Origin: Elsinoe ampelina
Lineage: Eukaryota
Length of the DNA: 20,000 nucleotides
Direction: 5' to 3'
Assembly: GCA_010093995.1 (NCBI GenBank)
Contig: ML992507.1
Span: 852,340 to 872,339, forward strand
The notes beneath the pieces are model-generated. The model made no database searches. It saw only the letters and a list, made by a program, of their open reading frames with translations, and had not been told where the DNA came from. A program made the translations under genes and the position numbers. Below, piece by piece: positions 1-9,933 of the stretch (positions are counted from its first letter, which is position 1; each line of letters begins with the position of its first letter).

Positions 1-72
1 GTACAACCTCTTCCAGGGCATGAAACTAATAAAACGCTTCAGATGGCCGAGCGGTTAAGGCGCCACGTGTGC
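1..72. repeat. Inverted repeat, left arm (pairs with 437-508); may extend beyond the left window edge
   Basis: The reverse complement of 1-72 equals 437-508 except at one position (G53 vs A456). The spacer is 364 bp. Confidence 0.95.
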
Positions 73-171
73 GGATTCTCCAATGCTCATCATCTTCGCC
101 ACCACTGACCGGCAGCAGTAAGGTCTAACCTTGACATCAATCCGTGGTTCGAAAGAGCGTGGGTTCGATTC
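37..171 (+). pseudogene. tRNA-Leu-like pseudogene (class II tRNA with intron-sized insert), 3'-truncated
   Basis: A box TGGCCGAGCGG (44-54) and D arm end TTAAGGCG are present. The anticodon stem CCACG (63-67) pairs with CGTGG (143-147) across an intron-sized insert. The variable arm TTC-GAAA-GAG and T arm GTGGGTTCGATTC (159-171, B box) follow. The 3' T-stem and acceptor strand are missing and the anticodon loop is not canonical. The Leu assignment rests on resemblance to fungal tRNA-Leu as recalled, not on an anticodon. Confidence 0.75.
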
Positions 172-436
172 GAAAGTCTTCCAATCCATCGAATAATTCC
201 GACAAACTAATACCTGTCCAGCCACTCCTCTCAACATACTTTTTCTTTTGGGCTTGCTCTGAATCTTTTGCTCACTTTTGCTACACCAACTTTTGCCTCC
301 TCTGTACAAACTGTCTGGTCTCACTTCCTACGCATTATGTGGCTGCAAGAGTATTTGCTTACTGCAACGCAATTTGAGTCTACGTCCTTACAACAGAGGT
401 ACTGCAACACATGTCATGGAGCTTGAGTAAAGTCTG

Positions 437-508
437 GCACACGTGGCGCCTTAACAGCTCGGCCATCTGAAGCGTTTTATTAGTTTCATGCCCTGGAAGA
501 GGTTGTAC
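437..508. repeat. Inverted repeat, right arm; carries the 5' half of the tRNA-like sequence on the minus strand
   Basis: gcacacgtggcgccttaacagctcggccatctgaagcgttttattagtttcatgccctggaagaggttgtac is a 71/72 match to the reverse complement of 1-72. Confidence 0.95.
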
Positions 509-684
509 GATTTTACTCACCCTCCCGGAGCTGGAACACCGAGCGGTCAACAGCCAGGGGTTGCCCCCCGGCTATCTTCCCGCTGGTTCCATATAGTCAG
601 TCCTACAGGCGATCCTACGAAAGATGCTATGTTTCGACGGTACCTTAAGCCGCTCTTTGTGACGCCACACGAAGCCTTGGATCG

Positions 685-2350
685 ATGAAAAGGGCCCGCA
701 ATGTCGAACAGCAAGAAGACAACAGCCACCATCCTTCTCGAAGGCAAGATGCTTCAGAACTCCGCCGACGCTCTGTGACGGATTTGGGCATACACCCTAT
801 AGGACTCATGACTGGCGAGTGCATATCTGGCGAGGCGAATGGGTCCATACCTAGACAACGTTTGCCATCGAGCTCGGTAATCACCCTACTCAGACACCGG
901 TCGTCGGGGATGTGTGTACGTATTCAGCATGCCCTATTTGACTTTTTCGTGCTGATAGGTGGATATCACTGAGCAAGTGACGGTTACTCTATGTCGCGTG
1001 TCTGGCTCTCTCGGCACAAAGGCCAAAGCAGACCATGACTTCCACCTGTTGAGTTCCATCAACTCTCTTGATTTGCTACATACGGTGACGAGCAAATCTG
1101 AATTCCCGTTCTGTTCTACACAGCAAGCCCCCGGAGCTGCCCATGGGCGTTCCACCGACTTCGAAGAATCAAGGATTGATGCTGTCGCCACCTCCCGATC
1201 ATAGCTAAGCTCGTACTCTTCGACTATCAGGGCGTGAAGGATCCTGCCAGCGAGAGCCTCATGTGGTAGGATAGCAGTACCATCGACCGGTAAGGTCACA
1301 TGAACTGGTATTACGAAGACGTACCCATCACAAAGTCAGTAGAAAGATACTACCAGAGTGCTCTTCCGCTGATAGTACATCAGCCGAGGGGTCGCTTGAG
1401 GTGTCACAGCTTACGTCATGGACCATTGCTGTATAAGCTATACCTACGAGCGATCTTCACTGGTACCGCCGTATTGCAACACTGGTCGTGTGCTGTCGAC
1501 CACTTCATATGGCGCACATAAGGAACTCGCGGAAATCCTTAAAGCTTGCGGCATCAGCTGGTTTGACACCTTTAACAACAATGGCGACCTCCTTTATGCC
1601 GGTCAGCGGGCTACTGCCACCCAGCTCCGCCCGCAGGATATGCCTTTTCCATCGTAGATTGGTGGTAATGCCTGATTTTCTCTCCAAATGGGCCGTCGCA
1701 CGGGCATCAAGCACCACACACACAGCCTGGTAGTTTCTGCAGATCCTGCCCTGCCAGCTTTTTCACCTCCGCCGATCTCTCCGCCCACATGGCTTGTGAG
1801 CATGGTCAAAAGGAGATCACCTGAAATCACTCCGAGACTTGCTCACATTCCTTCTTCAGTGAAGCAAGTATGCGACGTCATTGTCAAGATGCACATGGAG
1901 CCGGCATCATATGTAAACAAGACAGCTGCGACCTGGAGTTTGACAGGATACCAACGCGAGGGTCACCGTGTTACCGATCATTTTGAATCTGGGCTCATTT
2001 TTCGCCCGACTTGCGACAAAGAGTATTCATGGTACTCGGCCCTTTCAAATAATCAGAAGAGAGGTCACTTAGAATTGGGATGTCCCAAGGATCACTGCAC
2101 GCGATCGTTTGAGACTGAAGCCGAGCTGGAAACACAACGTCACCTGTCTCGACACTCGACAGACGGCTGAAAATGCCGCCACTGCGAGCGTTCATTTGAC
2201 AGTGTCAAAGCTTGCCAGACACATGAGGTCGTCCATCTGACTAGGTTCTTGCGTGAGACCTGCGGGACAGTATTCAATGATCATGGCCACTTCAACGATC
2301 ACAGCCGAAACCACACCAGAGCGAAACCAAATCCCAGGGACCGTATATGA
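685..2350 (+). pseudogene. Degenerate gene ending in four C2H2 zinc fingers; 5' extent uncertain
   Basis: ORF 1688-2170 reads on past TGA(2168-2170) to TGA 2348-2350: FRPTCDKEYSWYSALSNNQKRGH, CPKDHCTRSFETEAELETQRHLSRH, *KCRHCERSFDSVKACQTHEVVH, LRETCGTVFNDHGHFNDHSRNH. Two fingers have lost a Cys and one in-frame stop is present. Upstream 685-1690 is a chain of short protein-like plus-strand ORFs in shifting frames, which is weaker evidence. Confidence 0.65.
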
Positions 2351-2830
2351 TATAGTCCTGATCAAAGTTGATCGAGTCACTTTGGTCTTCAAATGGGTGA
2401 GCAAAAATTGATCGTGCCCAAATTCACGAGGTGAAGTCGCAACTTTGTTTCTCCGGCGGCTCTTTGGTGTCGTCCCGCAAACAGCAGCATCTGCAAGCGG
2501 CGAACGAGGCTACATCTTGATTGCATGGCAAATGCCAACAAATATTTGTACCATCGGTATTCTTTGGATTTACCTTCGGCCCAGCTTGTGTCTCACCACT
2601 AGACTTATCCTTGACTCGAGAAATAGCTGGGAGGCAGTGCTAGTTGTAATGCTCTTTCTCTTGCACCACCACCGATATTCATCCATCTTCCGCTTCACGT
2701 TCTTCCATGTGATATCACATGCATCTTCCATTACGTTGGCTCCCATTCCTCCGCACTAAGCCGAGACTCGCATGCTCGCCGTCACTGCCGATTACGCCGC
2801 CGCCTCCATGCGGCGCACGAACCATCGCTG

Positions 2831-2935
2831 ATATATATATACTCTCCGCCCCTTTCCTTTCTCCTTCTACCTTACATCCTCTTCCTCCCTCCCCCGAGCA
2901 CCCCGGCGCCCCCGACTCGGGGTTTTTCTTTTCCC
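2831..2935 (+). promoter_or_regulatory. Possible core promoter: (AT)n TATA-like run followed by a CT-rich tract
   Basis: ATATATATATA at 2831-2841 followed by a pyrimidine-rich tract lies directly ahead of the protein-like sequence starting at ~2935. This layout is typical of fungal promoters. Confidence 0.3.
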
Positions 2936-4600
2936 TTTCGTTTTCGGAAATTCCAAACGATGCGTGCAATGCAAGAGGCCTCGATTCGTCCGGCACCATT
3001 GCAAAGATGGTAGCCAGGCTGGAACGCCATGAGAGTCAGCAACAAACCTCTATCACCAAGCCCCAAGACAATGTCGATCACGCCTTCAAAGATGCACTCC
3101 TCACAGCTCTCGAGGACCTCTCCGTAATTCAAGGTTTCGACCCAGAACGCTTGCCTGTCGACGAGGAAGAAAACGAATTCTTCCAGAAGATGACGATACA
3201 TTCTCAAGGTGCCAAAGGCAAATCAACGACAGATATTCAACTGGCATCTGCGAAACGCATGGATGCACTAAACGAGCGGTATCGACCAAGGACTATCGCT
3301 GGCGCGTTTTGGATAGCGGGCTCGAAAACAGCTCGCCAAAACTTGGTGCATACTTCGGCTTTACAACCACACGCCAAGCAAATTACCTGCTCTCTCCATC
3401 CTGTCCACTGGACCGGATCTTGAGCCGCTGGCGCAAAGCAAACCACGACATAGGCAAGAGGTTTTCTGGCAAGAAGGACATCCCGAACATCAAATTCCAC
3501 CACCACTTCGAATCGACGTATGCCAAAGCTCGCACTGTGAAATGAGAAGCATTAGAGCGCGACCTCGACCTGATCTCGAACAGCTCGAGCGCCAAATCGG
3601 TGATAATGGGTTATGCTGTAAAGGCAGCTTGCATGATCCTGGACAGCTTTCATTACCTGTATCGCCGACCTGAAGTCCAAGACACGCCATGCGACCCTCG
3701 AAGGTATGGCCATTGGCGCTCAGAAGACGTACATCGAGTCTTCATTCTCCTGCTCAACGCCCGCCACATCATGGGAAAGACGGCGAAGTCCGTCAAAACC
3801 CACTTCCTGTGTTGTCGTATTTAAAGGATCACGAACTCAAAGACGTCGACTCATCAGCTGCTGCAGCCTCACGTCAATCTGCAAATTCCGGGAGAGGGTA
3901 TGACTTTGGCCACGCTCTCGAAGAAGCCAAGAAAGCAATTGCGAGAAGAGAAAGACACCGCGCTGCCGAGACAGGGCCCGAGGAGCTCAATGAGGAACAA
4001 ATCCAGAAGCTCACAAAAACGACTGCCAAAAACCTTCTCGCTCAGCAAGCAAAGTATCATATGGGCTCGATAAGTAACGCACTTGGCGACATGACACCTG
4101 AAGGACGTGAAATGATTGCCGACGACGTTCGCAGACATGTCATTGTGGTTTATCCTCTACCCAAATCTCGGACCTCGAAGGCGGAGGTTACACTACCCAA
4201 CGAGCATGAAGATTCTTCTGTGCCAGATCTGGCTTCTGTAATGAGAGGCGAGGCTACTTTACAGGAAGCGACCTACGATCCACAGTCCGAGGTCAGGACC
4301 CGCCAGGACAACTGTGAGGGGCCAGACAGTCGAAAGGAACTCGATGCGCCGCAGCGCCGAAACCTGCTCGAATGCAACGTTTCACTCACCGAATCCTCGA
4401 TAATCCTACCACCATTTCAACAGGCTTGCAGCACATTCAACATCGAGCTTCCAGAAATTCCATCCGTGCCGGATCACGCTGCCGAGGACGATAAATTCAA
4501 AGTATTCCAGCCATATAGCGAGCCGGCTCTATGGGACGGCAATGATTATGAGGCAGTCATGCTGCCACCGCAAGCGCCCCCGACAGACCATGAAATTTAG
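2935..4600 (+). pseudogene. Disrupted coding region with N-terminal SAP-like motif; probable 5' part of the SNF2 gene
   Basis: ACNARGLDSSGTIAKMVARLE (2962-3024) resembles the SAP consensus. Protein-like sequence passes through three frames: ORF 2719-3423, then 3309-3545 plus 3600-3824 (same frame, TGA at 3543-3545), then 3689-4600. This implies about two frameshifts and one nonsense codon. Confidence 0.55.
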
Positions 4601-4854
4601 GCCAGCCTGTGAAGCCCGACGACTTTCCAATGACACCGAAAGTACCGAGATTTTCAGGTTGTCAGTCACACCTCGAAGTGTACTCAGTTTCCAAGGAACG
4701 CCAGTTCTAGTAGGAGTTGTAGTACAATGTCTACCAGAACTTGGTTTCTAAGTGCAAATAGCAGACTTTCAGGCTTGCCATTCACATGTGGTAGTATTTG
4801 CACTAATCTTCCTACCAGACGCTGACAGTTCTACAGTTCTTGTCTTTCTAAGGT

Positions 4855-6294
4855 GTGACTGACAACCTGAAAATCTCGGTAACGCGAGTCAAGAAAAAAT
4901 TACGGGTCAAGCCCCCTCAACTCACTGCCATGAGTGCCATGCGTGCCTTGGAGGCAAGGAGGCTAGAGGGTGGTATCCTCGCTGACGTGATGGGACTTGG
5001 GAAGACTATTACGACGTTACTTCACCTCCTCATGCAGTCCAAAGAAGCAGAGCGCACGGCAAAGTGTCCCAACACTGGTAGGGACGACTTTGAGGTCTCA
5101 TTTGTCGCTGTCCCCGCCTCTTCCCTCGGACCATGGAAGGTTGGCTGGAAACGCTGGTTCCAGGGCAAGCTCGACCTATGGATTTGGTATGGCAGTAAAG
5201 ACACAGCTGCTGCGGCAGATGTATCCAAGGTCCTTCCACCGAATGCAGAAGGCCTGAACAAATGGCTTGAAGATCATGTAGACATCAATGATCCCAAAAC
5301 AGCAAGGAAAGTCATACTCACCTCGACTTCAACCATGACGTCTAGATGTCTACAGCAAATTCGTCCAGCTTCAACCCGTGATCAGAACGTCGAGGCGAAA
5401 GGCAAAGAACGCCAACGACCCGAGGACTATCCAGAAGACATGTGTACAGAAGACGCTGCAGACTATGAAGCCATGCAGGACGAGGTTGACAATACTGATG
5501 AAGCTGCTTGGAGGATCCTTGTCGACCGTCGCTACTTCCGCAGAATTGTCGTGGATGAGGCCCATCTCTACAAAGGCCGCCATACACAGATTCACATCTG
5601 CATTCGCAAATTGAAATTTGCTGCAACTATTCTGTTGACTGGAACACCATTTACCCGACGACTGACTGACTTCGCTGGACTATTAGCCCTACTCTGGAAC
5701 GACACCATAAACGAAGAGTACGACGAGCAGATTCGTAGCAGGACCGCAAGGTCAGGCATTGATGCCTACAAGAGCATGCGCGACGAAGTCGAAGAATTTG
5801 TGGGCTCCACCGATTTCGAGCAGATCTTCGCCGACGAGAACATACGCCGGTTCATCCCCATGTTCTGCCCAGACTGCGGCCGCATTTTCACTGGCCAACA
5901 CGCTAGTCAAGCATGTAGAGTACACGAGCTCGAGCACACCAACCGATTTAAATGTGAAGTCTGTGATAAGCAGTGTGTTGGTGCTTCCAAGCTGAGGGAA
6001 CACATGGCTATGCACAACAAATCCAATGATTTCAAGTGTGAGCTCTGTGGAGTCACCGCATCTGCGCAAAGTGCAATCTGGCGTCATATGAGGAACTTCC
6101 ATCCGAGTTGGGCGAAGCCAACGTTCACTTGCGCCCATTGTGGCAAGGTCGGCAAGCAGGAGCACCACATGAAGATGCATGAAGAGGCATGTTTTGAGAA
6201 AGCAGCAAGGGCCGAAGAAGCGGAAGAAGTCTACGGAGGCATAGAAGGTGGTCCACAAGGCAAAGAGAGTGGTGCAGACGAAGAAGTAGCCTGA
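4855..6294 (+). CDS. SNF2-family N-terminal ATPase lobe fused in frame to four C2H2/C2HC zinc fingers; no helicase C-terminal lobe; true start unresolved
   Basis: Q-like motif VKPPQL, Walker A GGILADVMGLGKT (4969-5007), motif Ia VAVPASSLGPW, motif II IVVDEAH (DEAH 5554-5565) and motif III LLTGTP. Then CPDC..H..H, CEVC..H..H, CELC..H..H and CAHC..H..C (5866-6192). Motifs IV-VI are absent. Confidence 0.85.
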   Translation: MTDNLKISVTRVKKKLRVKPPQLTAMSAMRALEARRLEGGILADVMGLGKTITTLLHLLMQSKEAERTAKCPNTGRDDFEVSFVAVPASSLGPWKVGWKRWFQGKLDLWIWYGSKDTAAAADVSKVLPPNAEGLNKWLEDHVDINDPKTARKVILTSTSTMTSRCLQQIRPASTRDQNVEAKGKERQRPEDYPEDMCTEDAADYEAMQDEVDNTDEAAWRILVDRRYFRRIVVDEAHLYKGRHTQIHICIRKLKFAATILLTGTPFTRRLTDFAGLLALLWNDTINEEYDEQIRSRTARSGIDAYKSMRDEVEEFVGSTDFEQIFADENIRRFIPMFCPDCGRIFTGQHASQACRVHELEHTNRFKCEVCDKQCVGASKLREHMAMHNKSNDFKCELCGVTASAQSAIWRHMRNFHPSWAKPTFTCAHCGKVGKQEHHMKMHEEACFEKAARAEEAEEVYGGIEGGPQGKESGADEEVA

Positions 6295-6337
6295 TGGCGG
6301 ATCTGTTTTAGGAGGATCTGGTACTTCTGGTAGTAAT

Positions 6338-7069
6338 CTACAGAACAGAAGAGGCTACGCCTTCCTCGAGCGCAAGACGCACGCGGCGGATTTCGTCGAC
6401 CTGTACACGCAGCAAGTCATCACCTGACACTGCGGACAAGTCCGGCAGTGTAGTGGCTTGAACATTGGTGATTCGGTACAAGCGAATCGCACTTTGTGCT
6501 GCTGCTGCTGCTGCATCGAGCTCAGGCTTCTTGTCGACTGAGCGAGTCTTGGAGGGATCCAGGCGGTGTCGATCTGCCTTTACGAAGGCGGCGTGGGCGG
6601 CGTCGACCAAATTCTGGAGCGTAGGGTCGTCAATCGGACGACATGCCTGCTTGACCTTCTTACAACACGAGCAAGACTTGCCAGCCTCACTGTCGCAAGA
6701 AGAATCTGCCAATGTCAGGACGCCGTCACCTCACCGCATAGGTGCCGTATACTCACCGACGAGGTAGTATGAGCTGTTACGAGTGCATCCCAATCGTTTT
6801 GCATGTGGATAGGTCAGCACTGTTAGTTAGCAGTGTCTCTTTAGCTCTCGGGGTGGCTCGACTGAGGTAGCGACAGTTTGTATCAGCATATCTCCACAGC
6901 AGATTCAAATTGAATATCTACCTGACCTTGCCTGTGAATTTCTGGCGGTTCTTAAGGATTAACGAACTAAGAGTTTTCGGTGATGCATCCCTTCGCCTAG
7001 ATTTTTTCTACTACTAAGACTTGAACGCCGCTGGTTTCTTCGTTTAAGATGCTAGACCATACCTGCCAT
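6338..7069 (-). CDS. Small Cys-rich protein with a Zn2Cys6-like (Zn-cluster-like) motif; predicted exons 7069-7063, 6819-6757, 6705-6338
   Basis: Intron 6756-6706 (GTGAGT..CTGAC..CAG, 51 nt) joins LTYPHAKRLGCTRNSSYYLV to DSSCDSEAGKSCSCCKKVKQACRP in frame. A putative first exon CACCATGGCAG|GTATGG with acceptor CTAACTAACAG at 6820 keeps the frame, but this 243-nt intron is less certain. The C-terminus looks helical. Confidence 0.55.
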
Positions 7070-8825
7070 GGTGATCGGTGCTGAACCCGACTTGTTAGAA
7101 TCTGAACATCCACCTCAAAGATGGTCGGCAGAGTGTCCCATTGCTTGAGATGAGCAGTCAGACGTCAAGGTATTGACATCACGACCTGCTCACTGCAAGT
7201 AGAGACCTACCAGCAATGGGTCAACAGAGTATTATTCAATCATTAGGTAGTAGGAAGGCTCGGGGGGATCTGGCACATATTATTTGTATCGCTACCACTG
7301 AACCAGACATCCTGCTAGCTTTGTTCTAATGTAAAACATTGATGTCGACCACACCTACCCAGATCATGACCCGAATCCGCTCAGTCTGCAAAACCCCGTC
7401 CGACAGCCCACCAGATCCGTCCACATACTACCAGCCTTGAGCATTGTTGTGTCGCTCCGGAGATTAGAATGAGCCAGTACAGAAAGGGAGCAGTCGTGCA
7501 ACTTGACGAGGATGAAATTGATCTGATGGATACTGCAATGACGGTTGTGTAGGAATGGCCGTTGGCAAGGCACTGTTGGCAGGATGCTGTCGACGAGGAG
7601 CCATGGATGAGGTGCTGTTAGCGCCATCGGGAGACGAGCGACACGTTCCGCAAGAGGTGGCCAAGGATCTGTCCGCTCATACTGTCGGCAATGGACCTGA
7701 GTACTCTATGCAGTGAGTCGTAGTCGTGGTCTGGACAGCGGACGGGGCGACGGTGACGTTGAATTTCCGCCGGCCAAGCTCGCATGGACATGTAGATGGC
7801 AGACCGTCCGTTGATGTCGGCAAGGCTATGGAGGTGTCGAGGTGTGTAGACTGCACACCATAGCTGATGGCTGCTCCTATCAGAAGCATGCCTGATCCAT
7901 GCGAGACTTGGTGGTCGTGGTGATGGAGTGAGAGATTCAGCGAAGTGAGGGCATGGAAAAGGTGTAGGCTCTGTAGTAGACGGTGCTGTATGATTGGAGT
8001 TGACAGTGCAGTCGGTGGTGGCGTGCAACCGGTCCCGTGGCATTGGACAAGCCTGAACAGCAGGTGTGTCCATATGATTGCGAAGTGGCAGCATCCTTGT
8101 CTGTCATGGTCGAGCAGGTATGCTGGGATTTTCTGGAAACGCTGCATGTATCTGTCAGTACCAGTGTGGCGTGAAGTGATTTTGGGGGAACTCACGGGCA
8201 TTGTTGTCTGATTTGAAGGGGACTTCCGAATCCGCATACGATGATCGGAGACGTCAACGAGATGGCTGCCCTCAAAGGTGTGTCTCGGTAGTCGTCCAGG
8301 GCAGAAAGATAGAGACAGGAGAAGAGGTGAGATTTGTGGCGTTTGCGTCAGGCGGGGCCTTTGATAATCTTTTGGCCTTGTCTTTGTCGTAGTGATTGAA
8401 GTGTCTGTCCCAGGCAATAGCCGCTGAAGGAAGTCTTTGCAGTGCCGAAGACTAGATTGTATGCCAGGCTCGAAAGGGTCTTGTGGAAGGAAGTGATGAT
8501 GATTCTGTGATGATGACTTGGGCCGCATATTGCTCCCGAGAGTCCATGGAAGTACCAGCGACGTCATGGTCAATAAGGCTGACGATGAGCTACCAGTGGA
8601 GGACCCAGACATGTGAACAGCGATTGAGCTGATTGTGAAATTGGTGGATGTGTTGAAAAAGGGTCACAGATTGCGCCCAAGAGTCGTCAGCTAAGGCGAG
8701 TTTTGTGGTCGATGGACTGGCGGTGGTGCTGTCCAGCTTGGCTTCAGGTATGAGATGGAGGTGCATGTCGAAGATGATGGACTGCTCGGTCTTTGGTCGA
8801 TGGGTGAGTACACTTGGGCTGCATG

Positions 8826-9226
8826 TTGCCCCCAGACTCACCCATCAAGTACAAAAGACCAGGCCGACATCCTGACGGTGTAACTGAAGTGTTGAAGAAA
8901 GACAAAAGAAGGTGGAGGGAGAGGTGCGTATCAAAGATAATAGCTGCTGTTCAAGTTGTAGATCAATGATTGAGTCCTCGTAGATCGCAGATTGCGCCCG
9001 ACTCACTCAAAGAGCACAAAAGAGCAGCAGATCAACATCCTGACGATGTACTTGAGGTGCTGAAGAAAGACAAAAGAAAGTGGAGGGAGAGGTGCGATGA
9101 TGGCTGCTGTTCAAATTGTAGATCAATGAATGAGTCCTCGTAGATCGCAGATTGCGCCCCACTCACTCAAAGAGCACAAAAGAGCAGGTCAACATCCTGA
9201 CGATGTACTTGAGATGTTGAAGAAAG
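8826..9226. repeat. Tandem direct repeat, ~2.4 copies, periods 168 and 157 bp
   Basis: ACATCCTGACG recurs at 8867, 9035 and 9192. Shared blocks gaagaaagacaaaagaa(g/a)gtggagggagaggtgcg and tgagtcctcgtagatcgcagattgcgccc(g/c)actcactcaaagagcacaaaagagcag occur in both full units. Confidence 0.92.
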
Positions 9227-9933
9227 GCGAAGGAACGTGAAGAAAATTTAAGGACGCCGTGCGCTTCGCGAGAGCGGTGACTGATGGTTGCCTAGTCATC
9301 CCCTTTTCTGCCATCAATCTCGTTCGTCTGATGATATTGTTGGCACTTGACTCTTTCGGGACAATCACATGTCTGAGCCTGAGTGTCGGTACGCCAGTCG
9401 TCGCAAGTATTTACCGCAGCCACGTCAGCACCCTTCTAGTAGTTGACAAATGAGCAGGGTAACCAGTGATAGGATCATCGGAGAAGTAGTAGGAAAGAGA
9501 TATAGAGATCGTAATTACCATATATTTCCGAGGGTCCGCAATGGGTACGAAACATGATTGAGAGTGGCGACATGGGTGGCGGGTCGATCTACCACATCAA
9601 GACAAGAAACCATTTCAAATACGATCACTGCTACTGCATGACCAACAATAAGGCTCCGAGCGCATTCACGCAATTAAAGAAAGTTGTCAAGTCAGTATGA
9701 GGTTGAGGAGTCCATGTCGGTGAATATCGCGCCAGGCCCAAAACGGCTAGTGGGTCTCCCGAGCTGAAGCCTTCCGTCACAATCTCATCATGTGTTTCTA
9801 CGTCGATTTGTTTGTCGTAAGCAGAGAAAGTAAGGTGTATCGGCACCCCATTACAGCGGTATCGGACTGGTATGTGATTCTGTGGGACTGGAATGCAAAG
9901 TCGAGCCGCACCGAGCAGAAGTGTGGTATGATC

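Noticed and set aside
37..171. Functional tRNA gene
   Set aside because: There is no 3' T-stem or acceptor strand and no canonical anticodon loop, so it is reported as a pseudogene.
266..414. Short direct repeats in the IR spacer (TTTTGC x3; TACTGCAAC x2)
   Set aside because: Too short and irregular to distinguish from chance.
2892..2930. GC hairpin (CCCCGAG..CTCGGGG) followed by a T tract, resembling an intrinsic terminator or Helitron end
   Set aside because: The context is eukaryotic, there is no CTRR terminus at the expected distance, and it lies within a CT-rich promoter-like tract.
7464..8612. 311-aa minus-strand ORF (7677-8612) that continues in frame to 7464 past one stop
   Set aside because: S/T/P/H-rich with no recognisable motif or convincing splice pattern. 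It could be a decayed gene but cannot be supported from the sequence alone.
8826..9226. CRISPR-like array
   Set aside because: The units are long contiguous duplications with no unique spacers, and the DNA is fungal.
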